A stretch of DNA of 60,082 nt, the filler included, from Platydemus manokwari (lineage: Eukaryota), in NCBI GenBank assembly GCA_037951405.1. It is 5 parts of 5 records of this genome, joined end to end, with 100 filler letters (N's around TTAATTAATTAA, not from the genome) between each part and the next. Parts side by side here need not be neighbours in the genome. Positions count along the whole stretch, not along the records: positions 12,870 to 26,286 come from JBBMOY011736953.1; 4 more parts are not named here. One strand, given 5' to 3'. Both the position numbers and the translations under genes were made by a program. The notes below the pieces were generated by a model, which worked only from the letters and a program-made list of their open reading frames with translations, searched no databases and was not told the DNA's origin. Position 1 is the first letter of the stretch. Every line of letters starts with the position of its first letter. Below are positions 12,870-23,589 of this stretch, piece by piece.

Positions 12870-14710
12870 TTTGAGCACATATCTTATCTTGTCCCTTATG
12901 TTTGAATCTCATTGAACTTTTATCTTCTTCACTCATATATACTGTTGATCTTTCCTTAATTCCTTTTTCAGATGTTTCTCGATCACTATTAGGTAAATAA
13001 CTTTCCGCCAACTTCGTCTCTTTGAATATTTTTCTATTTACTGCCTGTAATTTTTCTTATTTTAACAATATTAAAGGGCATTGGTATGGGTTTGCCTTAT
13101 GTATAATTAGTGATATTCCTATGTCATTTATTTCTTTTTCATATTCACAATTTATCCATGTTGGCATTTTCTTAGTCTGATCATCAAATGTAGATTGAAA
13201 TTCTATTAATTCTATGATGTAATGTCTTAAGGCTACTACATTTTCTTATTCCACACTTGGTATTCTTATCCCTTACAATATGCTCTGTCCTTTTATCCTG
13301 CAGGTTCTATTGTTTGTCTAGTTATTCCTTTTCCTAATCATATTGCATATCTTCATTTATTATGTCAATAACTTCCCTAGCTGTTTCCATTGATTATTCG
13401 GTTTATTTCTTCTCTGTATTTACTCGTACAATGGTCTAATGCCATTATTTGCAAATTTTCATTTTTATATACTTCTTCATTTTGATTAAATTCTTTAATT
13501 GCCTGTGTATGCATTTGTTTTTTCTCTACTGCGCGGGTTTCGTCACAAAGTGCTTGTGTTTTATATTTGATTCTCCATTTTGCTTTTTCGTCCAAATCAG
13601 AATCTTTAGGTGGTATGTTTTTTTCATTAGGTATCATGGGATCATCGTTTCTTTTGATTTTATTTTTAATTTTATTTTTAACTCCTGGTGGTCTTCCTCT
13701 AGTTTTCCTTCTCATTGTTTCCTGATCTTTTAATCTTATATTATTCTTTGATTCCCCGTCTGTTTCAGTTCTCTTTTCTAAAGGTCCTTCTTTTCCCTTT
13801 ATATCTTGTTCTTCTATTTCTCAATTACTATTGTAATTATGTGTGGTCAGATGATTTATTAGTTCATTAATTGCTTGGCTTTCTATTGACGTTGATGGTA
13901 TGTATTCTTCTCTTATCATATTTCCATAATTATCATATTGGAGTTGTGGTATGTGTCCGTAATTATCCTGTAATTGGTATTCCGGTGGAAATATTGGTTG
14001 TTGTTGTACATGTTCTTCATCGTATATAAATTCTTCTTCAACCTTATTTTTTTTCTTCATCATCATTATTCATTTCCGGTATGGTTAAATTTATTTCTTC
14101 TCGGAATGGGTAAACTATTTTCTTAATTTCTATGTTGATTCGTTTACGATTGCTTTGACTTCCAAAACATGGATCATGATATTGCCCTTGTGGACATCCT
14201 ATACAATTCTCTAACTCATCTTACTGTTTCCTTATCTGTTTATTCATCTTACATGTTTCTGATGATTCTATTAATTTCATAAAATCTTTTCCTGATCATT
14301 TTGTATCTTCTGATTTTTTAATTTCTTTTTTCTTCTTTGATGTTTCCTTCCGTTCCTTATTACTCTTATCATCTCCACTTGCTACTTCATCTATTATTTC
14401 ATCCAAATACACTGACCTTTGCCTATTAAGTTTTTTTTCTTTGCTTTTTCCTCTACATTTTATCATTCTAATTTTCTTCGATCTCTTATCTTTTTCCACT
14501 ATTTTGTTCATAACTATACTTCTATTATGTTTATTTCATCATCTTTTAAGATTTCCATTGATTTTCCCAATCTGCATTTCTTTTTATGGTAAATTATCAC
14601 ATTTAAGTGTATCATTCAACTCTGCTTGCTGCTTGCCATACTATTATATTTTTAAGATATTTTATTTTAGCATCCATAGGCATAATTTTATATTCTGTTG
14701 TTTTAAATGA
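12870..14710 (-). mobile_element. Decayed long ORF with an AT-hook, probably transposon-derived (gag/ORF1-like), truncated by the gap
   Basis: Intronless chain of minus-strand ORF pieces (14296-14511, 13821-14066, 13377-13715, 12870-13011) separated by stops and frameshifts. Strong A-rich coding-strand skew. RKTRGRPPGVKNK AT-hook at about 13675-13712. No catalytic domain recognised. Confidence 0.5.
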
Positions 14711-15970
14711 GCATGTACTAGCTTCTATCTCAAATTTTACTATGAATTTTGTTTCCTCGATTACTATATTAATGACTAAATTTATTATACGGTAATGTTA
14801 ATGGTTTAAATTTTATTATATTAATGCCAGTTTTCATGAATTATAGAGCCTATTAATTGTGGCCTAAATTATATTATATTCCTATTGGTCACAAAATCAC
14901 CGTGAATTCACATAAAAAACTATTATACGTAAAATAAAAAATTATACATTGATACACATAATTATTTCAGTTTCAAGAATCGTCAAAAGCTCCAAAACCA
15001 AACATTAGTACTATTAAATATCCACTATATATTTCAATAGCTGATTAATATTTTAAATTTATAGAATTATAATCATTTCTACTAGAATTAAAAGCTTTTG
15101 CATTTATTATTTAGATAATTGTTTTATTCTTTCCAATATATTTCATGATCAATTATTATTATCTATATTTAGCATCCATATTTATTATTACTTTATCTCA
15201 ACAAAACGTAAAAACTAGAATTAGAAATTAACAATAACGATTAACAGATTAAGACAAATGTGTTTCACACAGAATTAATACAATATGCAGCAATAATCAT
15301 TGAATAAAAAGTCATGTTTTAATCAGATTCTCAACACATACTTACCATAGCTAAAATTGTCAAATATCCCTAAATTAGCTTAAATATATTACTATTGTTT
15401 TGGTGGGTTATTATTATTGTTATTGATAGATACCGAATCCCAACAATTACATTACTCAAAGAAACAGTACATCCCTAAGAAACAGTATATTTGTTATCGA
15501 AATCCAAAAAATTCGATTTAAATCCTAGCAATCACAAAATGTTGCCTAATAGCTAACTAATTTTGTTACATTTTCTAATAATCGGATTTATCAAATCGTT
15601 AATAAAATTTGTAAAATTGGAAATTCAAGAACTTGTATGTTAATTTTGAATATCCCTGAAATTTAATTCAATTTACTCTAAATCAAATTGAAAGTTACGA
15701 AATAAAAAATATAAAAATAACTTAAATTTTTTCTGTAACTTGTAAAATTAAAAATTTGCAAGCAAAAAACCAATAAAATAATATAATTTAATTTATTGTT
15801 TAATTTTAACTTAATGCAAATTAATATATCAAAAGAGGAAGATAAATTTAGTTTCTGATGATCAAAGTCCCGAGTTTTGAAGAGTACTGTGAGGTGATTG
15901 GTATTCATTTTTTAAAAAATTTAAAACAATGTAATTATCCAACTCAATATCTCTTCGTAAATGAATTACT

Positions 15971-18900
15971 TTATATCATTTCATCTTCACCATCTTCTGC
16001 ATCTACAATTTCTTCATCGTTCTCCTCCACTTCTGCTACTTCATCCTCATTTTCAGCTTCCTCGGCATTCACTACCTCTTCTTCTTCATCATATCCACCT
16101 CCCATATTAAGATCCATTTCAGGATCCTTTTGAGGTGATTTCGGCTTATCTTCAGATTTTCCCCCATCTTCTTCCTCTTCTTCATCATCAACACTTATTT
16201 CAATATAATCTTGTAGAAGTGCATTTATCTCATCCTTTGCTTCATTAAACTCACCTTCTTCCATTCCTTCTCCAACATACCAATGTACAAAACTTCTCTT
16301 ACTGAATAATACATCAAATTTTTGACAGAATCCTTGCCAAACTTGCTCAACAGCTGTTGAATTGGTTATCATTGTCACGTTACGAGAGCTTTGAGCCATT
16401 TCTGAACCCGGTACTACAGTAGGAGGCTGCGAATTTATACCCAACTTAAAGCCAGTTGGACACCAGTTGACGAATTTTATATCAGTTCTTCTCTTTACTT
16501 CGAAGATCGCACTATTTACCTGCTTAGGAGTAATATCCCCTCGATATTGTAAGCAGCAACTCATATATTTTCCTTCACTCATATTGCATGATATCATTTG
16601 ACTACTTTTTTCAAATATTGCTCTTGTTAGTTCATGAGTTGTTAGTTTTTCATGTTCTGCTCGACGAATAGAAATTATAGGTGCATAATTTATAACTGGA
16701 AAATGAATCCTCGGATAAGGTACTAAATTAGTCGACAATTGGTCTAAATCAGCATTAAGAAAGCTTTCATATCTTAATGAAACAGTGAGTGAACTAAAGA
16801 CTTGTGACATGATTCGGTTAATGTTGTTATACGTTGGTCGAGCTATATCAAGAGTATTATTACACAATTCATATATAGACTCATTATCAAACATAGCACA
16901 AATCTCCGAGTGTTCTGTTGATGCATTCATACTTAACACTGAATTATAAGGATCAACAACTGCAGTAGATAAATTATTTGAAGGAGCCACTACAATTTCA
17001 AACTTTGTTCTTTTGATATACTCTACTCCTAATCTCTCAAGTAATAATGCTGCAAAACCCGATCCTGTTCCACCACCAAGGCTATTTATGATAAAGAAAC
17101 CTTGTAACATATCACACATATCAACAGCTTTACGAACTCTTTCAACAGATTGATCAATTAACTGTTTACCTAAAGTAAAATGACCTCTTGCATAATTATT
17201 AGCAGCATCTTCATAACCAGATATTAATTGATCTGGATGCCAAAGATTTCTATATGCCCCAGTTCTTACTTCATCTAAAAATATAGTACACATGTGATTT
17301 ATTAAAATAATAGCTTTTAATTTATTAAAAAAACTTTGGATAAGTTGTTTTCGATAGAGAACTAAAATTAGTAGTTTTGTCAGAAATTCAATATTATGAT
17401 ATAATTACAATAAAATTTTCAACATCAATTTAATATTTTAAAAGATAAAATATCCAAACTATAAGCTCTCAGTCTGGGTAGTTCGTGATTGCTTATTTGA
17501 TGTAAAAAAATTAAAAAAATAAAATAAACTAACAATCATATTCAAATGATACTTCATACAAATCAACAATAATAATGTTATATCAACGTATAGAATTCAA
17601 AAAATTATAAATGTCAGTAAAATTACAAAATTACTAAACCTTTAAAAATTCGAAAAATAATTTAGAATATGAAGATATATTATTGAGAGTAGTAACCAAA
17701 AAGAATTAGGAACTTGTATAAGATATGAAAACAACGTAATTAAATAAAGTTTCAAATCAAATTTAAATTTTATTTTTAATAGTTCAAAATTATAGCTTAA
17801 ATTCAGTTTAATAATATTGATAAGCATTCTGTTAATCTTATGTAAAATGAATAATCGCTTAACTTCTAAATTTTATTTCTAACAAAACCGATTTTTAATT
17901 TTCAAGTCTTTGTGATAAAGAATAACTTCATACTATCTATTAGAAATTTATCTACACTTCGGTTTATGCCTTTTAAAATATACGAATTCTTATCGATAAA
18001 TATATCGATAACAAATTATGAAATCTAAATATCTTTCTAAACATTTTTATCCTTCAATTTATTTTCAAAATATTTTATAATCGAAATAATCGTATCAACC
18101 AACAACAGTTGTTTAAATTATGCATATAATCAGGTTTGATTTTACGTTGACTTAAAATTTGATATGGAAGACCATAACTTGGGTTAAGTTAATAAAATTA
18201 GTCCTTTGACTTACTTTCATAATAAATAAACTTTATTATTATAATCTAATTTATATATATTTGCATTGTTTGATTTAATCATACAACTCAGTTAATATTT
18301 CACATTTTAGGATATCTAATAGGGAACAAAAACAGTTTTAAAATCAAGGTCATATTCTAATCACAAAACTTCTATATGATTATTTGAGTTTTAAATTCAA
18401 TTTTTTATAATTATAAATCGAGTTAATTAACTACACACCTGTTTAATGATATCATTGCTTATTTTTATAAAATAATTGTAAAAATTGAGAATATCTCTCA
18501 ATTTACGTCTAATGTTAAAAAAGAGCCCTCGCTAATTTCCAATAAATGGCAATTCGACTTACTTCAATCCATTTTTCAAATAATTAAATTATGAAGAGGC
18601 TTCGAAGCTCTTGTGTTTTTAATATTTGATTTTAAACAATTAAAATTTTTCTCAAGTATTTAAATAAAAAATTCAAAGTGTTTTTACAGAATACAGCTAA
18701 ATAAATTATACAAATTTTTGAAATACACTCAACAAATTAAAAATTTTATTTGAGAACCGCTTTTTTTAACTTGAGCCAAACCATTAACCTTTTTAAAGAA
18801 TGTTTAAATAAATTATTTATAACATATAACGAAGAACATTTTCCATTTTGAGATAAATTTTATGAAGATGTAGTTTGATTCGTTTGATTATTAAAACAAA

Positions 18901-19563
18901 AAAATCTTGATAAAAACAAATAAAAACTTAATATTTAAGTAAAATAGGCTTGACTGATCTTACTGATGAGAAAATACTTAGTTTTTAGCTATTTTATGTA
19001 AAACTCGATGATCCTGTAGATGATTATTGGAACTTAGAGAACACATGAATCGGCCCTACTTACAGTGCTAACAATAGTTTATCAACCATAAATCACCAAA
19101 AAATTAGAACTCAAAAAATTTAAAAGGAACACAGATAATTTTGTGTACAAAGAAGCTTTTTTCATCTTCAATTTCAAACCAATCATCCATCTATTAATAA
19201 ATCTTCTTCTAAGAACAAGAAATTCAATAAAAATATCCAATAAATTCACCTAAAACAGTTGGTTCCAAGTCAATAGAAATAGCTCTTGGTACATATTGTG
19301 ATGCAGGCACTTCTTGGAAAAATGTTTTAAAAGCACTACTATCATCATCTTTCAAATATTCTTTGAGGATTCCATTTGCCTGTATGCCGTGTTCGATGCA
19401 TAATAATTCCCACGTTGCATTCGATATTTGTACCCCAGCTTGGCCAACATTGACGGAAATTACTTCACGCTATTAATGAGTAAAATAATCATTCGTTAAG
19501 ATAATTCACAACAAACATATGATGATTGATATTAAATAAAATAATGTAAATAATAATTACCAT
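15971..19563 (-). CDS. tuba: Divergent alpha-tubulin, 508 aa, extended acidic C-terminal tail
   Basis: Exon 1 is the ATG only (19563-19561). Exon 2, 19469-19250, reads [28 protein letters not shown]...[15 protein letters not shown]. Exon 3 is 17274-15971. Total 1527 nt in frame with GT-AG introns at positions typical of metazoan alpha-tubulins. Motifs [39 protein letters not shown] and [15 protein letters not shown] are present. Confidence 0.97.
18181..18777 (+). mobile_element. MITE family A, copy 1 (in tubulin intron 2)
   Basis: Colinear similarity to 27187-27773 and, inverted, to 59325-59907. Imperfect TIRs of consensus GGCTYAAGTTAARAAAAGGGTC. Confidence 0.8.
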
Positions 19564-20135
19564 CAAACTCGATGATATATAAGCTACTATCGCGAAATAA
19601 TAAACTAAGTTGATTAAAGGTATTTAAACAACATTGACAAAAAATAGTTTAATATTTTATATTAAATTATTGAATTTGAATTTTTTGTTGGTCAAAACAT
19701 TTTTCTGTTCTTAATTTAATCGCTTTGCTAAACAGAATTAAACTAATTATTATTATTGATAAAAAAAATTTACAATAAGAAAGAATTCTGGTTGTTTATA
19801 AAGTCTGAACTATGAGACGTATTTTATTGAAAAGTAAATCAATGTGACAAATTAGTCAAAACTCGATGTTTTAAAATAATTCAGAAAACATATTCTGCTT
19901 AATGAAAATATTAATCTAATGTAAACATAATAATAATTATAAAATAGATAAATCACAATTTCAAAAATACAGAAAATCATTTAATTTCTTTATCCAATCT
20001 AATTTCATTATAATGTTTGGTTCAATTTGTAACTGATATAAGTTAGATGTTCAATAATCAACATAATATTCAAATATAAAAGAATAAATAAGAATATTTG
20101 AATTTTATTAACATCTACAAAAGTGGTAAGAATAA

Positions 20136-23100
20136 TCATTTTAATTCCAGAGCTTCAGCAAGACTGGTTTTGAATTGATCTCGTTCTTTAATCTATTAAA
20201 ACAACAAAAAATCAAATCAAAAAAGAAAAGAAAATTAATTTACGCGCAACTCCAATTCGGTTTTCAAATTCGTTTCTGAATTCTCGAGTACAGCAATTCT
20301 AATTTCTTTTCGCTTCAATTTTCTCTCGGAATCCGATTTCAAATTGAAAATTTCTTTTTCAAAGCTGTATTCCAAAAATTAATGACAGTTGAGAAACATT
20401 TCCAAATAATCAATAAACAAATACTTTCCAGTGGTTTCAACCAATTCAGTAGATTTATTATTCAATTCTGATTGCAATTGTTCCAATTTGTCTCCACATT
20501 TACGCAATTGTTCTTGTAAAATGGTCTCATTCTACACAATATTTATTACACACACACACACGCACACACACATCAATAATATATCATGAATAATATAAAA
20601 TACAGACACTTCTCTAGCTTATTATTATTATTATTTATTTATGCATTATATTTTCAATTTAATATTATAATAATAAAAATGTTTTTTATATTGTTATTTT
20701 ATTTATTCACTAAAACGATTTATAAATATTTTATAATTAGATTATAAACAGAAATAATAATAAAATTAAATTAATTGATCATTATAATATTTATAATTGC
20801 AAGCATAATAATAACTCTTATTATCAACAATAATCTCGGCCATAATCATATTTGATCCACTCAAATTATAATTATTTATATAAATTTATTATTAATAATT
20901 ATGTTATATTAATTATTATAACAATAATTATAAAACTAAGTATAACTATTTTTAATTATATTTATAAGAATTAATAAAATTATAATTATAATTTTATAAA
21001 ATATTATTCTTGTCATTATAATTAAAGATACCAAAGTTAATAATATTATTTACAATATTAAGTGTTGATAATATTTTTAAAATTATTTTTATTTCAATTA
21101 TATTTAATTATAATCATTATATATACATGCTGTGTGATTTTTGAAGGATTGTGATAATTCCAACAGCTAGCCCACCCAAAGATCTGTTTTACGTGTGCTA
21201 ATGTCCAATAATCAATATTGAATATGATACTGAACCAACTATTTAATAATAAGCTCACTGATTGGTACAAATCTCTGACCAATGGAATCTAACTCGCTTG
21301 ACCATACACATCATTTGTAATTGCAATCTGAGCCCATATCAGTTTATTAGATAATAATCAATAATATTCACAATATAAAACATGCAATGGCTGGTTCATT
21401 AGTATTATAAATGACAAAATGATAATAATAATCAAAAAATATCTTCTAGAAATATGAAATTATAAATAAAACACAATAAAATGATAAAAATAAATCATCA
21501 TCCAGTTCGATACCTGTTGCAAATTATTGATAATCGTCTTGCTTGAGCCGACCTTGTTGACATATGTGTTCAAAATGGCTTCCATTTCTCGATTCTCCTG
21601 ACAAATAGCTTCCATATCATCAGAATGTTTTTTCATAATCTGTTGAAGCGTGTCGGAATACTGATTAATGACGATCCTATCAACCATACCACACATCCAA
21701 TCAACCATGAAATATGAATTTATTCAAATGATTACTCGTTCTCAAGCTTGCAACAGTTCAAATATTCGATTTCCTTATGCAAATAATCGATTTCCTTGGA
21801 TAAATTGGCAATTTCCGCGGACATCTTATCAAGTTCTTCAGGTTTCGGTTGATTTATTTTTAACTGATTCATTCGTAATTGCTCGAGATTCTCCTCATTC
21901 TCTCTCAATAGATCAGTTATCATAGAATCTTTCTCTTTCTCCATTTCAATGAGCTTGTTTCTATTTGTTTCCTCGATTTTTTCAATCCTTTTCTCATTTC
22001 CACTGATGATTTCCTTGATTTTCATTTCATTCTCGACAATCAATCGATGAATTTCTTCTTGTTTCTCTTGTTTAATTTGTTCAATTTCGTCCTGAAACCT
22101 TTTCTCGGCTTGTTTCCATTCCCGTTGTTGATGACGATATGATCGTTTCAACTTATCATGGACCGATTGGTCAACATATTTCTTCATGGGACTAATGGGT
22201 AACAAATTTTCTACTGCCACACTGTTTTCTTCCATTGATTCATCAGATAAGTACTATAATTGACAAAAATGGTAGTTTTATCCAATAAACCATGACAAAT
22301 TTCATTCCCATTATTATTAATTAAATTTTGATTAAAGTAATTAATTTTTAATTAACCTAATTATTAATTTAATTCGAGCTATTCCATTGACAAGACAAAT
22401 GAACATTAAAAGAGTACAAAACAACATTCTTTATCGAATAAATCGTGACCATTTCATTACAATAATAATTAATTAAATTTTGATTAAAGTAATTAATTTT
22501 TAATTAACATAATTTTTACTTCGATCGATATATATATATATTTATCAAGGATAATATGCATTAAATGTACCACAAAGAACACAATTACTGAAAAACAGTC
22601 ACAAAATTCTCATTACAATTGATTTCATTCTGATTAAATAATTAATTAACTAATTAATTAAATTCAAGTAATTGATTGACACATGTAATGAGAATTATGC
22701 GACGAAAATGACATTTTTATTAAAAATAAATCCTAAAAACATTATTACAAATTATCAAATATTAAATTTCCATATATTTAGAATAATTAAATTATTTATT
22801 AAAAATATATTTATTAATAAAAACTTATGTTATTGAAATATTCAACACAATACTCAAACGAAAAGAGAATTTATTATTTTTAATTGTCAATTTACAAGAA
22901 AATATAACAATGAATATTGTTTCCTACCTGATTATCAAAGGAAATATCTTTCAATGGATAAGATTTCTGTTCACAACACAAAATATCGTCATTCTAAAAA
23001 TCCATCAATCAACATTAATAGTTCAATGAAATCTAATTGCCAACATGGAATGGATCAAATGGTTTCTGATTGTTTTCATCAACTTTTTCCATTTCATTAT

Positions 23101-23589
23101 CCACGTTCTCCAAATTAAAGAAATTCCAAGACTGGTCCAATTTGCTAAAGTTAATTCAACAATAATGATTGCTTTTCAAAGTATAAATTCATGATCTCAT
23201 TACCCAACGGAAGAATTAAGTAAACTTTTACGATCCTCTTTTCTAACACATTCCGAACTCGAATACGGATTTAAGGGATCTAAACTAATCAACAATGACA
23301 TTCGCGAAGTTTTCTGCTTATAAATTAATAAATCCATAGCAAATAAGATATAAATGTAATTACGGGTTTTATTACATCTTCCATATCTAAATAATTAAAT
23401 CCAGATAATTTAATAAGGTTAAATTAAAAATACCTGAATTAATATTTTCTTTGTCTAATTCTGATAAAGAGCTCTTATCTTCGAAGCTAAATAATATTTG
23501 GCAATGAAAGAATTAAAAACAATAAGAAAATCTACTAACTTTACATTTGAGTGCGAGGAAAGTAATTCAGAAAAACTATAATTATCCAT
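20136..23589 (-). CDS. Coiled-coil protein, 456 aa, probable divergent TACC (transforming acidic coiled-coil) family member
   Basis: Eleven exons: 23589-23540, 23486-23434, 23386-23364, 23316-23204, 23144-23045, 22993-22928, 22253-21736, 21676-21514, 20531-20425, 20364-20244, 20192-20136. They give 1371 nt in frame, all introns GT-AG, eight of them 47-60 nt. AATAAA at 20104-20109 on the minus strand. TACC-like motifs: SLLISLDPL (cf. SLYLKFDPL), FDPF, ENEIVINQYSDTLQQIM, NETILQ and RKEIRIAVLE near the C-terminus. The gene structure is well supported; the TACC identity is about 0.5. Confidence 0.85.
20548..20572. repeat. (CA)n microsatellite next to a splice acceptor
   Basis: acacacacacacacgcacacaca is directly visible. 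Confidence 0.9.
22291..22703. repeat. Intronic local duplication plus small foldback element
   Basis: The ~70-bp unit ...ttaattaaattttgattaaagtaattaatttttaattaac occurs at about 22291-22360 and 22444-22512. Inverted arms gtcacaaaattctcattaca (from 22598) and tgtaatgagaattatgcgac (to about 22704). Confidence 0.7.

Noticed and set aside
15858-16133. Ser-rich plus-strand ORF, and similar ORFs at 13449-13733, 14441-14710, 21668-21925, 56489-56713 and 56789-57037
   Set aside because: These are antisense shadows of minus-strand coding sequence.
17275-17293. ORF-track start MCTIFL for the tubulin
   Set aside because: This is intron sequence before the acceptor at 17275-17276. The real N-terminus comes from exons at 19563-19561 and 19469-19250.
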